50,589 bases of DNA from Minisyncoccota bacterium (lineage in GTDB: Bacteria > Patescibacteriota > Minisyncoccia > Phycocordibacterales > UBA9973): NCBI GenBank assembly GCA_021734995.1, contig JAIPHX010000001.1, positions 1-50,589 of the forward strand, written 5' to 3'. A program made the translations under genes and the position numbers. This document shows, one piece after another, positions 38,391-48,307 of the stretch (position 1 is the stretch's first letter; each line of letters opens with the position of its first letter). The notes beneath the pieces were generated by a model that made no database searches, had not been told where the DNA came from, and saw nothing but the letters and a program-made list of their open reading frames with translations.

Positions 38391-40089
38391 ATTCCTCCAA
38401 TAAATCAACAACGCTCTTTACTTCGTCTATAGAAGTAACACCATTTAGTATCTTAACAATACCGTCTTGACGCATTGTTAGAATGCCTTGGTTCCTAGCA
38501 GTTTTTTTGATTTCTCTTTCACTTGGGTTTTCAGGGATAATTTTTTCAATTTCTTCATTTGTTTTGATTGCCTCAAAGATCCCCATTCTTCCTTTATATC
38601 CTGTCATGTTGCATTTATCACACCCCACAGCAGTAAATATTTTAAATGGAGCGTTGGGATCAATATTGTATTTTGATAAATCTTTTCCTTCAGCTTTGAT
38701 GCTTTCTAATACAACCCCTAATTCTTTTTTTTCTTCTTCTGTAATTTCTTTTTCTTTTTTACATTCTTTGCAGAGCTTACGTACCAATCTTTGAGCAAGG
38801 GAAAGAGAAAGAGCGGAGACCATAATCTTTGGATTGACGTCTAGGTCTATCAAGCGGGGGATTACTCCTGCGGCATTGTTGGTGTGCAATGTAGAAAATA
38901 CCATATGGCCAGTGAGAGCAGACTCTACTGCGATTTTAGCTGTCTCTGCGTCTCTTATTTCACCTACCATCACAATATCAGGGTCTTGTCTTAGAGCACT
39001 TCTAAGTCCCTCTAGGAATGTGTATTTAGTACCATCTGTCTGGGTTTGAGTTACTCCAGGTAAGTGGTATTCAATAGGGTCTTCAATGGTTATTATTTTT
39101 ACTTCTTCTGAATAAATTCTATTCAAAAAAGCATAAAGAGTAGTAGTCTTACCGCTACCAGTAGGTCCTGTGACCAAGATCATTCCATTTGGTTTAGCAA
39201 TCTCTGTCTCAATAATAGAAAACAAAAATGGCTCTATCCCAATATCTTCTAATTTTACTCTTATAGATCTTGGATCCAGAATACGCATAACAATAGATTC
39301 ACCATAAGCCCCAGGGATTAGAGATGTTCTGATGCTTATTTCCACATCTTTTTCATTAATACTAAAACGTCCATCTTGAGCTCGATTGGAGATTAATTTC
39401 ATTCCTGATAGAAGTTTGATACGAGAATTTATAAGATGATATAGAGATGAATCCAATACCATAATATCGTGCAAAACTCCATCCAACCTAAGTCTGATTT
39501 TCCCTGCTTCTTTTTCTGCTTCTATGTGTATATCTGAAGCACCGATTGATATAGCTCCAGCAATAACAATCTCAAGTATTCTAGATACTTTGTGTACTTG
39601 GTTTTGGTCAGATAACTCTTTTACCAAGACATCAATGTCTTGCATTTTAGAAATTTTCTCGGCTGTTTGAGATAATATTTCTGAAGAAATTTCCAAAGTA
39701 CCAGCAGTTTCGCTTTCTGCCATTGAGATCTCTGCATATCTTTCCCATACTTTATTTAAACTTGCTTCGGATACCATATAAAAAGAAACAACCAATCCTT
39801 TCCTTTCTGCTAACTCTGTGAGTTTACTTATTAAATCTTCTTTTGGAGCACGTACCGCAATAAATAAATTTTTACCAGCAAGTCTGAAAGGAGCAACTTT
39901 TAAATCCCTAGCTTCTTTTTCAGTGATCACTCTAAGAGCTTCATTGTCTACTCCTACACTCATTAGGTTAATATACGGAAGTTGATATTTTGCTTCAGCT
40001 AAAAGCTGGACAAGCTCTTCCTCTTCTTTTTGTCTTAAATCTTCTAAATCTTTATTTTGTTTTTCTTCATCAAATTGGATATTTGCCAT
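38389..40089 (-). CDS. pilB: PilB/GspE family pilus assembly ATPase
   Basis: ASDIHIE, GPTGSGKTTTLY, TIEDPIEY, LRQDPD..MVGEIRD, TGH.V.STLH and two CxxC motifs. Start is ATG 40089 or GTG 40095. Confidence 0.92.
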   Translation of the reverse strand: MANIQFDEEKQNKDLEDLRQKEEEELVQLLAEAKYQLPYINLMSVGVDNEALRVITEKEARDLKVAPFRLAGKNLFIAVRAPKEDLISKLTELAERKGLVVSFYMVSEASLNKVWERYAEISMAESETAGTLEISSEILSQTAEKISKMQDIDVLVKELSDQNQVHKVSRILEIVIAGAISIGASDIHIEAEKEAGKIRLRLDGVLHDIMVLDSSLYHLINSRIKLLSGMKLISNRAQDGRFSINEKDVEISIRTSLIPGAYGESIVMRILDPRSIRVKLEDIGIEPFLFSIIETEIAKPNGMILVTGPTGSGKTTTLYAFLNRIYSEEVKIITIEDPIEYHLPGVTQTQTDGTKYTFLEGLRSALRQDPDIVMVGEIRDAETAKIAVESALTGHMVFSTLHTNNAAGVIPRLIDLDVNPKIMVSALSLSLAQRLVRKLCKECKKEKEITEEEKKELGVVLESIKAEGKDLSKYNIDPNAPFKIFTAVGCDKCNMTGYKGRMGIFEAIKTNEEIEKIIPENPSEREIKKTARNQGILTMRQDGIVKILNGVTSIDEVKSVVDLLEE

Positions 40090-40128
40090 TACCACTAAAT
40101 TATATCTTAAAATGGTATAATTTGCCTA

Positions 40129-42606
40129 ATGTCTGAAGATGTTAAAAAAATAGTATTGTTTGATGCACATGCAGTTATTCACAGAGCATATCATGCTCTG
40201 CCAGATTTTTTGTCTTCTAAAGGGGAGCCCACTGGTGCGTTGTATGGTCTTTCTAATATGATTATAAAGATAATTTCTGACTTGAAACCTGATTATTTGG
40301 CTGCCTGTTATGATTTACCGCAAAAAACTTTTAGACACGAGGTGTACAAAGAATACAAAGCAGGGAGAGTAAAAACAGATCCTGCATTGATTGAGCAACT
40401 TAAAAGCTCTAGAAAAATTTTCGAAGCATTTAATATTCCGATTTATGATTCTCCAGGGTTTGAAGCAGACGATATTTTGGGAACGATTGTGGAGAAAATA
40501 TCAAAAGACAACAATACAGGAAAAGAAGAAAAAACAAAAATTAGTAAAAACAAAAAAGAAAAAATACAAGTAATTGTTGCTTCAGGGGATATGGATACAA
40601 TGCAACTCGTAGATGGAGATGATGTAGAAGTATACACCTTAAAAAAAGGAATTCACGACACTATTTTATATAATGAGCAAAAGGTTTTAGAAAGATTTGG
40701 TTTTTTGCCAAAATTTTTGCCTGATTACAAAGGTCTTCGGGGGGATCCTTCTGACAATATTATTGGAATTAAAGGAATAGGAGAAAAGACAGCAACAGAG
40801 CTTATTCAGATTTTTGGGCATATAGAAGATGTATATAAAGCAATTGAAGAAAAAGAGGCAGAAAAAAATTTTAAAGAGAAAGGTTTTTCTGAAAGAATTT
40901 TTAATCTTTTGAAAAACGGTGAAGAAGAAGCTCTTTTTTCAAAAACATTGGCAACTATCAGGAGGGATGCCCCGATTGATTTTGCTTTACCTCAAAAGAC
41001 TTTTTGGCAAGCAGTAGAAAAAGAAAAAATTGAAAGTGTTTGTAGGGAATTTGAGTTTCGTAGTTTGGGATCAAGATTAAAAGGTTTTTTGGAACAAGAA
41101 AACAAAAAAGAAGATTTTGATAATAAAGGAGATAAAAAAAATACAACCCTTTTAAAAAATAATACAAGTAAAACAGAAGAAAAAATAGAACACTCTCAAA
41201 TATCCCCAAGAGAATTAAAAGAAACATCTATTGCTTTATGGTTACTGAATTCTGAAATAGCCAACCCAACACTAGAAGATATTTTACTTTTTACAAACAC
41301 AAAAGATTTTACAGAAGCAAAAAAGATAATTTTTAAAAAATTAAAAGAGGAAGATTTGGAAAGAGTATATAGAGAGATAGAAGAGCCAATAATAGAAGAG
41401 GTGGAAAGTATGACCACAAATGGCATTTTGATAGACAAAAAGTTTTTTAAAGATTTAGCGAAAGAATACCACACAGAGCTAGATAAAATTATAAAAGATA
41501 TTTATAATTTTGCAGGAGAAGAGTTTAATATAAATTCACCCAAACAACTTGGAGAAATTCTTTTTAATAAGCTTCAATTAAAATCCAAAAAGAAAAGTGC
41601 TGGGGGGTCTTTGTCTACCAATATATCTGTTTTAGAGGAATTGGAAGATAAACATCCAATTATTAAAAAGATTATGGAACATAGAGAATTATCAAAACTT
41701 CTTTCTACCTATATAGATGTAATACCAGAAATGGCAGATGAAGAGGGGAGATTGCATGCTGAATTTATTCAAAACGGAGCTTCCACAGGAAGGTTTTCTT
41801 CTAAAGATCCAAATATGCAAAACCTGCCCATAAAGACAGATTTGGGTAAAAAAATACGATATGGTTTTGTGGCACAAAAAGGATACAAGCTAGTCGCTTT
41901 TGATTATAGCCAAGTAGAGCTTAGAGTAGCAGCGATGCTTTCAGGAGATAAAAAAATGACGCAAATATTTGCAGAAGGCAAAGACATTCATGCAGGAGTA
42001 GCATCTTTTGTTTTTGGGGTTTCTGAAAAAAGTGTTACTTCTGAAATGCGAAGGCAGGCGAAGGTAATAAACTTTGGAATTATCTATGGGATGGGAGTAT
42101 CAGCTTTAAGAAAAAATCTTGGAGGAGAACGAGCAGATGCTCAAAAGTTTTATGATAATTATTTTGAACAATTTGAAGGCTTGCATAAATATTTAGAAGA
42201 AGTAAAAGAATTTGCATCACAACATAAATACACTGTGACTCTTTTTGGAAGAAAGAGAATGTTCCCAAACATAAATTCTCGTATTCCATTTTTAAAAGCA
42301 ATGGCGGTAAGGACAGCCATCAACGCACCAATTCAAGGGACAGCTACAGCTGATATTATAAAGCTAGCGATAAGATATGTCAGAGAAGATTTAAAAAAAG
42401 CAGGACTTTCAGAAAAAGTAAAATTAATTTTACAGATTCACGATGAGCTTGTGTATGAGATTCAAGAAGAGGTAACAAAAGAGGCGCAAATAGTAATAAA
42501 AAAAGCAATGGAGAACTTATTGCAAAAATCTTTCCTGCAATACAAGACAGAGATACCTTTAGTTGTAAACTTTGGGGCAGGAGACAACCTTGGGGAATTG
42601 AAATAA
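40129..42606 (+). CDS. polA: DNA polymerase I (5'-3' exonuclease + polymerase; 3'-5' exonuclease region reduced)
   Basis: HRAYHAL, EADD, GDPSDNI.G..GIGEKTA, DYSQVELR, K.INFGIIYG and QIHDEL motifs. Confidence 0.97.
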   Translation: MSEDVKKIVLFDAHAVIHRAYHALPDFLSSKGEPTGALYGLSNMIIKIISDLKPDYLAACYDLPQKTFRHEVYKEYKAGRVKTDPALIEQLKSSRKIFEAFNIPIYDSPGFEADDILGTIVEKISKDNNTGKEEKTKISKNKKEKIQVIVASGDMDTMQLVDGDDVEVYTLKKGIHDTILYNEQKVLERFGFLPKFLPDYKGLRGDPSDNIIGIKGIGEKTATELIQIFGHIEDVYKAIEEKEAEKNFKEKGFSERIFNLLKNGEEEALFSKTLATIRRDAPIDFALPQKTFWQAVEKEKIESVCREFEFRSLGSRLKGFLEQENKKEDFDNKGDKKNTTLLKNNTSKTEEKIEHSQISPRELKETSIALWLLNSEIANPTLEDILLFTNTKDFTEAKKIIFKKLKEEDLERVYREIEEPIIEEVESMTTNGILIDKKFFKDLAKEYHTELDKIIKDIYNFAGEEFNINSPKQLGEILFNKLQLKSKKKSAGGSLSTNISVLEELEDKHPIIKKIMEHRELSKLLSTYIDVIPEMADEEGRLHAEFIQNGASTGRFSSKDPNMQNLPIKTDLGKKIRYGFVAQKGYKLVAFDYSQVELRVAAMLSGDKKMTQIFAEGKDIHAGVASFVFGVSEKSVTSEMRRQAKVINFGIIYGMGVSALRKNLGGERADAQKFYDNYFEQFEGLHKYLEEVKEFASQHKYTVTLFGRKRMFPNINSRIPFLKAMAVRTAINAPIQGTATADIIKLAIRYVREDLKKAGLSEKVKLILQIHDELVYEIQEEVTKEAQIVIKKAMENLLQKSFLQYKTEIPLVVNFGAGDNLGELK

Positions 42607-42660
42607 TCTTAACTAAAAGCAGAGCTACTTTTTTTGGGGATAGTGTTATAATATAAAAGT

Positions 42661-43122
42661 ATGGATAAAAATACCAAAAACAAGAGCCCAATACATAAAA
42701 TTTTGGTTCACTCTTATTTATTTTACTTTATATTCTTTTTGGCTGGTATCTTTTTTGATATGCTTTTCCCTACTAAGATTATTGATTATACCTATGTAAA
42801 AGCTATAGGATTTTTACTGATAGGAATGGCTACTTTTTTGGTTGTTTGGGCACAGTCGTCTTCTAGAGAGTTGAATATAGAAAAATTGAGCAAAAATGTA
42901 TTCTGCAAAGGGCCATATAAATTTTTAAGTAATCCTACACATCTTGGAATTTCTCTTTTACTGTTTGGTTTCGGCTTGATTTCAGGAGCTGTTTATATGC
43001 TCATTGCTACTGTTTTGTATTTTATTTTAGCTCACTTTATTTTCATTAAAAAACAAGACACTGTCCTAGAAGCAAAATATGGCAAACATTTTAAAGAATA
43101 TAAAAAAACTGTTAAATTTTAA
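42661..43122 (+). CDS. Membrane protein of the ICMT/PEMT methyltransferase family (divergent)
   Basis: Four TM helices; GPYKFLSNPTHLG; LEAKYGKHFKEYKKTV. Confidence 0.7.
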   Translation: MDKNTKNKSPIHKILVHSYLFYFIFFLAGIFFDMLFPTKIIDYTYVKAIGFLLIGMATFLVVWAQSSSRELNIEKLSKNVFCKGPYKFLSNPTHLGISLLLFGFGLISGAVYMLIATVLYFILAHFIFIKKQDTVLEAKYGKHFKEYKKTVKF

Positions 43123-43125
43123 TTT

Positions 43126-43779
43126 ATGATTTATATATTTACTGGAGATGACTCTACTCCAAAAATTTCAGAATATGAAAAATTCTTGAAAGAAATACCT
43201 TCTGACACAGAAGTTTTTTATATAAACAGAAGTGATTTTGACAAAGATCAAATAGAAAGTTTTTACTCTGGAGCAGGATTGTTTTTTAATCAATGCACCA
43301 TTGTCTTAAAAGATATTTTTGAAAGAGAAGATACTGCATCTTTTGTAATGCAAAACATACAAAAGATGGCTAGTAGCCCAAACCTTTTTGTGTTTTTGGA
43401 AAATAAAATAAATAAAGGGAACTTAGACACTTTTAAGGATTTTGGAAAAGGAGTAAAGCTTTTCATCTTTGAAAAAAGTAAAGAAAGAAAAGAAAAGTAT
43501 GATAATTTTTTACTTGCCAATGCTTTTGCTTCTAGAGATAAGCTTTCCTTGTGGATGCATTTTTTAAAAGCCACTAGTCTTGGGGTGTCTCTAGAAGAGC
43601 TTTCAGGAGTACTTTTTTGGAAAGCAAAGGATATGCTTTTAAAAAAGAATTTTGGGAAGTACAAAGAAGAAGAATTGCAAAGTTTTGCCCTACAGATTTC
43701 TTATGTATTACAAGCATCTAGAGGAGAGGGGAGAGACGCTGAGGTTGCGTTTGAAAGGTTTTTATTGGAGGCGTTTTAG
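43126..43779 (+). CDS. holA: DNA polymerase III delta subunit-like (short HolA)
   Basis: MIYIFTGDD start; GLFF motif; F.LANAF..RD; C-terminal E.AFERFLL. Confidence 0.6.
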   Translation: MIYIFTGDDSTPKISEYEKFLKEIPSDTEVFYINRSDFDKDQIESFYSGAGLFFNQCTIVLKDIFEREDTASFVMQNIQKMASSPNLFVFLENKINKGNLDTFKDFGKGVKLFIFEKSKERKEKYDNFLLANAFASRDKLSLWMHFLKATSLGVSLEELSGVLFWKAKDMLLKKNFGKYKEEELQSFALQISYVLQASRGEGRDAEVAFERFLLEAF

Positions 43780-43804
43780 GATAATAAATTGAAAGACTTA
43801 TAAA

Positions 43805-45454
43805 ATGGAAAATTTTAATTTTAAACCAAATAAAAAAGTAGAAGATAAGCCGAAAATAGAAATGGTAAAATGGTGGCAAATAAAGGCAAAAGATCTTTTT
43901 AAAAAAATATTAAATAATCCTTTTTTAAAAATGGCCTTTTTGTCAACCCTCATTTCTTCTGGTGTTTTTGATACCAAAGCTGGAGATGCTTCTTTACAAG
44001 ATAATAATAATGATAAACATCAAAACAAAACCGAGGAAAATAATGTAGATAATACTATTAGAGAATATAAAGAATATATTAAAAATCATAAATACTTTTC
44101 ACAATATCCACATTCTTTCATGTCTTGGACAGCATCTTCTGAAAAACCGACAGATTTTCAAGCTGAAAGGATTATCAATTTACATGATTCTATTTCTAAA
44201 GAGACAAAGCTAAAAAAATTCAGTACTTTATCAGAGACTATAATTTTTATTAATCAAAGATTGGATTCTAATTTTTCAAACAAAAAAGCCTTTACCAATT
44301 TAAAAGATGTTTTCCCTGAACAGGAGGGTGAAAATACGAGAGCACTTTTTGATTGTGATTCTAGGATCGTGATGATTGCTTCTGTGCTACAAAACATAGG
44401 TTTTACTCCTGAAGATTTTGTAATTTATGGAATGGAAGGGCATATGATTATTTATTCTAAAAAAGAACAAAAATATATAGAAGCGACCACAAATAAAATA
44501 GTTGATTTGGGGCAGGATGAAAAGGTGCAATTTAATGAAATTTCTAGTTTTAATCAATATATTGCTTATGTTTTGTCGAATAGAATAACCGAAGAGGCCT
44601 TAAAGTTTGAAAATAACATTTTTTCCAAAACTAAGATACCAGATTTTGAAAAGCAGTTGGGTGAGTGCATTAAAGAACTAAAAGAAGTTTCTGCTTTAGA
44701 TAATGATAATATAACAATTAAACTAAATTTAATTCATTTGCTCACCTTAGACCAAAACAATACAAATAATTTAAAAGAAGCAGTTGTTCTGTATAAAGAA
44801 TTTTTATTGAACTTAATTTCAAAATATTTTGAGGCCAAAGAAGACAACTTATCATTTCAAAATGATTTTTTACAAAATGAAGGTAAGTTTGGAGAAGCAT
44901 TAAAAGGGTTAATAAAAGAAGCGTTAAAAGAGAGTGATTATATAAGAAAAAAATTTGCTGATTACGCATCTTTCGTTAGACAAGAGATTAATGATTATGA
45001 AGAGCAGAGAGTTGTTAATGAATTACTATTGGAAAGTTTACCAGAGACTGAAAAAAATAGTATGCAAGCTAGTTTCTATAGGTTAGATATTATTAACTCT
45101 ATTTTTAAACAAAAAAAGTTTAGCTCTTATTTATCAAGAGTGGAAAAGTGTATCGAAGAGATAACAAAAACAAAAGATCTTTCTAATGAACCACGAGAGA
45201 TATCTTATTTTGAAGGCCAAATTTCTTTATTGGAACAACAAAAATTAGTCGCTGAAATTATTACTGGCAAATTGGTTATATCAGAGGATAATATAGCAGA
45301 AATTATTACTAAATATAAAGATAGCCCAATTTTAGGCCCCTTGATAAATAAGAAAGAACACTGGGAGTTTTTCTATTCTAATTCAGTGGAATCATTGAGA
45401 GAATGGTCAGGTTATGATAACTTAAAAAATTTATTTTTTAAGTATGAAAATTAG
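43805..45454 (+). CDS. Hypothetical protein with a transglutaminase-like Cys-His domain and helical repeats
   Basis: FDCDSR...ASVL..IG, EGHM and YIEATT motifs; hydrophobic segment near the N-terminus. Confidence 0.6.
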   Translation: MENFNFKPNKKVEDKPKIEMVKWWQIKAKDLFKKILNNPFLKMAFLSTLISSGVFDTKAGDASLQDNNNDKHQNKTEENNVDNTIREYKEYIKNHKYFSQYPHSFMSWTASSEKPTDFQAERIINLHDSISKETKLKKFSTLSETIIFINQRLDSNFSNKKAFTNLKDVFPEQEGENTRALFDCDSRIVMIASVLQNIGFTPEDFVIYGMEGHMIIYSKKEQKYIEATTNKIVDLGQDEKVQFNEISSFNQYIAYVLSNRITEEALKFENNIFSKTKIPDFEKQLGECIKELKEVSALDNDNITIKLNLIHLLTLDQNNTNNLKEAVVLYKEFLLNLISKYFEAKEDNLSFQNDFLQNEGKFGEALKGLIKEALKESDYIRKKFADYASFVRQEINDYEEQRVVNELLLESLPETEKNSMQASFYRLDIINSIFKQKKFSSYLSRVEKCIEEITKTKDLSNEPREISYFEGQISLLEQQKLVAEIITGKLVISEDNIAEIITKYKDSPILGPLINKKEHWEFFYSNSVESLREWSGYDNLKNLFFKYEN

Positions 45455-45525
45455 TAACTTTAAAATTTAGTTATTGAGTAGATATCCACCTTTTTATTTG
45501 AAAGGGAAGCCATTAATTAGTTCTA

Positions 45526-45559
45526 GTTAATATACATTAACATACATATATGCTATATT
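45526..45559 (+). promoter_or_regulatory. Palindromic operator-like site and extended -10
   Basis: GTTAAT-ATAC-ATTAAC (45526-45541) followed by TGCTATATT (45551-45559), 7 nt before ATG 45567. Confidence 0.5.
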
Positions 45560-45566
45560 AATGTTA

Positions 45567-46814
45567 ATGACTAATAACCTTATTTTAACAACAAAAGAAG
45601 TTGCAAAGATTTTAAATATTTCAACGGTTGCAGTTTTTAAAAGGATAAAGAGTGGCAAGCTAAAAGCAGAAAAAATAGGTAGAAACTATTTAATTCCCAG
45701 AAGTGAAGTTTTAAAAGGAGAAGAAAAAGATTTTGTAGCTTCTCCAAGTATTTTAAATGATTGGGCTTTGGTATTTAATGATAAATTAGAAAAAAAAGTC
45801 TTTTTAAAAAAAGGAGAAACAGTGATTTTGAAATGGTCGAACTTGTTTGAACAAGGTTTCGATATAAACGGGGAGGACATTATCGTTGGTTTTAATGAAC
45901 CTAAGTTTAAAAAATCAAAAAAAGGAGTAGAAGATGATCTAGATTCTCCATTAAACGCAAGACTTATAACGTATTTTTTACCTGCGGTACAAATAGCAAG
46001 AGAGCAAAAGAAAAAACCACGTTTAATTATTGTTACAGGGATAAATGCGGCACTGAGATATAATGCTAAAAATGATTTCCAAAGAAAGGTTTTGTATCGT
46101 AATAATATGTTGAAGCTTTCCTTTATTAAGGAAACGATTGAGAATTTTTTTCCAGATGCTTTTTCTTTAGTTGAAACACGGCTAGCTTATGATTTTATGA
46201 AGATATCAGAAAAGACACTAGACCAGTTGTGGGAGTTGTTTAAAAATAAATACCCAGAAAGGGTAGAGCCATTAGCCAAAGTATTAGCCAGATTTAGCAC
46301 ATCAGGATCTTCTGTAGATATTAATTCACAAGAATCAACAAAGGAAGCTTTTAGATATGCAGTACTGCATCTTTTTGTGTTAGCAGATGTAAATCTTGAT
46401 AATGATTTTATACACTCACCAAATGGGTACTGTTCTATTGGAGAACATCAAGAATTAGTTTTTAATATTATTAGAGAAATTGGCTATGAAATGCTGAAAG
46501 ATATAGGTTCTTTGGTGTTTAATAGAGATGTTTTTTGTTTTCAGAATACAAAAATTATTATAGATGATGAAGGGAAGGCCCCCCCATCATACAACGGGTC
46601 TTTCAAAGAAGAAGGTGGTCGTAAAACATTGGACGAAGTTACTTTTGAAAATAATCTACCTTTAAATTATTATGATACAAGAGGCAGATTAAAACCTCAC
46701 ATGGATTATTTGTATAAGATCATTCCAAGGGAAGTTTATGAAAAGTATTGGAATAATTATAAAAATAAGTATTTTGATCTAAAAGCAAAATACAATATGG
46801 CTTATGACTTGTAG
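45567..46814 (+). CDS. Excisionase-type HTH (HTH_17) fused to a large uncharacterised Rossmann-like domain
   Basis: LTTKEVAKILNIS...V.KRIKSGKLKA.KIGRNYLIP. Start is 45561 or 45567. Confidence 0.8.
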   Translation: MTNNLILTTKEVAKILNISTVAVFKRIKSGKLKAEKIGRNYLIPRSEVLKGEEKDFVASPSILNDWALVFNDKLEKKVFLKKGETVILKWSNLFEQGFDINGEDIIVGFNEPKFKKSKKGVEDDLDSPLNARLITYFLPAVQIAREQKKKPRLIIVTGINAALRYNAKNDFQRKVLYRNNMLKLSFIKETIENFFPDAFSLVETRLAYDFMKISEKTLDQLWELFKNKYPERVEPLAKVLARFSTSGSSVDINSQESTKEAFRYAVLHLFVLADVNLDNDFIHSPNGYCSIGEHQELVFNIIREIGYEMLKDIGSLVFNRDVFCFQNTKIIIDDEGKAPPSYNGSFKEEGGRKTLDEVTFENNLPLNYYDTRGRLKPHMDYLYKIIPREVYEKYWNNYKNKYFDLKAKYNMAYDL

Positions 46815-46867
46815 ACGAAACTTTTTCGTGCGAGAAATCGTCTGATTAGTTTTGTGTACTTTTTAAA

Positions 46868-47356
46868 TTAAAAATTTAAAAAGTATTTAAGTCCAGAGCC
46901 AAATGTAGGGATAAATATATTAGGATCTTTTTTAAATAATGCTAGTAGTTCTTCTTTAGAAAACCATTTTATTTGCGCTACTTCTGAGTCTTGTTTTATT
47001 AATGGATAATTGCTAGCTATTACTATACTAAACCATTGTCCAAAGTATTCATGGCTTGTGGATCTTCGGTCTTTAAATTCAATTTTTGGTTTTATGTTTT
47101 TAAGACCAATTTCTTCTAGTGCTTCTTTTATTATATTTTCTTCGTATGTTTCTCCTTCTTCAACAGTACCAGCAACAGCTGGCCCCCATTTGCCTGGATC
47201 TCGTTTTTTATCAAAATTTTTTTGAGCAAGTAAAATCTCACCTTTTTCATTGGTAACCCATAAAGCAGAAACTCGACAAATATCTTCTGGTTGTCTTTCG
47301 TTGGTATCTATATGTTTTATTATTTCATCTTGTTCATTTACAATTGGAATTCTCAT
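46868..47356 (-). CDS. NUDIX hydrolase (Idi-like subgroup)
   Basis: PGKW...AGTVEEGETYEENIIKEALEEIGL Nudix box; Q.SEV...KW. Confidence 0.9.
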   Translation of the reverse strand: MRIPIVNEQDEIIKHIDTNERQPEDICRVSALWVTNEKGEILLAQKNFDKKRDPGKWGPAVAGTVEEGETYEENIIKEALEEIGLKNIKPKIEFKDRRSTSHEYFGQWFSIVIASNYPLIKQDSEVAQIKWFSKEELLALFKKDPNIFIPTFGSGLKYFLNF

Positions 47357-47412
47357 ATTTATTTTTATTTTACCAACTAAGATTAATCTTACGATATATA
47401 CTATAATAAAAC

Positions 47413-48075
47413 TTACACTTTAATACTTTCTCCAACACCTAGGATTTTGCAATTTAAACTTTCTTTATTGAAATTATTTTCAACTTCAGCTAGATTTACA
47501 GGGTAAAGAGGGTTATCATAGTGAATAGGGATTACAAGTTTTGCCCCAGTTTCCTTCGCAAAACGACTAGCTTCAAAAGGACCCATAACTAAACCATGAT
47601 TACATACTGGTATAAAAATAATATCACATTTGTATTCATTGTTGAAACTAATACTATCACTGGTGTGATAAGCTCTATTTTCTCCGTCATCAACAATATA
47701 ACCAAGGTTTTCTTTTATTTCATTGCCACCTTTCAAATGAGGTAAATATCCATGAACAGCTTTCACTACTTCTATTTTTATATCCTCAAAGTTTAAAATT
47801 TGCCCTTCTTTTATAATAATAGGGGAAAGGGTCGGGTGTCCATCAAGCACCTCCTGACTTGTATAAAATTTTGTTTTTGGATTTTTCGTAATCTCTTTAA
47901 TGGCTTCGTCAAGGCAGTGGTCACCATGTTTGTGGGTTACCAAAAGGATGTCTATATCAACCCACTCTGTTTTTAATAGTTTGTCATCAAACAATAAATT
48001 CCCAGGATCTATTAAAATTCTTTTTTCTTTTGTTTGTATTAAAATACAAGATTGTCCAAATTTGGTGATTTTCAT
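47413..48075 (-). CDS. MBL-fold metallo-hydrolase
   Basis: THKHGDH, AVH and PIHY motifs. True start MKITKFGQS at 48075, 6 nt after TGCTATAAT. The ORF-track extension to 48159 reads through a non-coding repeat. Confidence 0.9.
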   Translation of the reverse strand: MKITKFGQSCILIQTKEKRILIDPGNLLFDDKLLKTEWVDIDILLVTHKHGDHCLDEAIKEITKNPKTKFYTSQEVLDGHPTLSPIIIKEGQILNFEDIKIEVVKAVHGYLPHLKGGNEIKENLGYIVDDGENRAYHTSDSISFNNEYKCDIIFIPVCNHGLVMGPFEASRFAKETGAKLVIPIHYDNPLYPVNLAEVENNFNKESLNCKILGVGESIKV

Positions 48076-48112
48076 AATGTAATTATAGCAGAGATATAGA
48101 AAATTTTGATTT

Positions 48113-48174
48113 TTACTCGGGCTAAAAGAAATTAAAAACACCAAGCAAAAGCTTGGCATTTTTAATTTAGTCCG
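48113..48174. repeat. 62-bp hairpin repeat, copy A (copy B at 50242-50303)
   Basis: TTACTCGGGCTAAAAGAAATTAAAAACACCAAGCA(A/G)AAGCTTGGCATTTTTAATTTAGTCCG; 61/62 identical. Confidence 0.95.
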
Positions 48175-48307
48175 GTAGTCATAACATTATTATAACTATA
48201 TTATCAGATAAGCAATATATGGAAGGGTTATATAATAAGTTGATGTTTATTAAGGCGTTGCAAAAAGAAGAATTTGGACTCTCACAGGGTCAGATTTAGC
48301 TTATTGA

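Noticed and set aside
48076-48159. MPSFCLVFLISFSPSK N-terminal extension of the MBL hydrolase
   Set aside because: It is a translation of the non-coding 62-bp repeat; the same peptide appears in the spurious 50100-50420 ORF.
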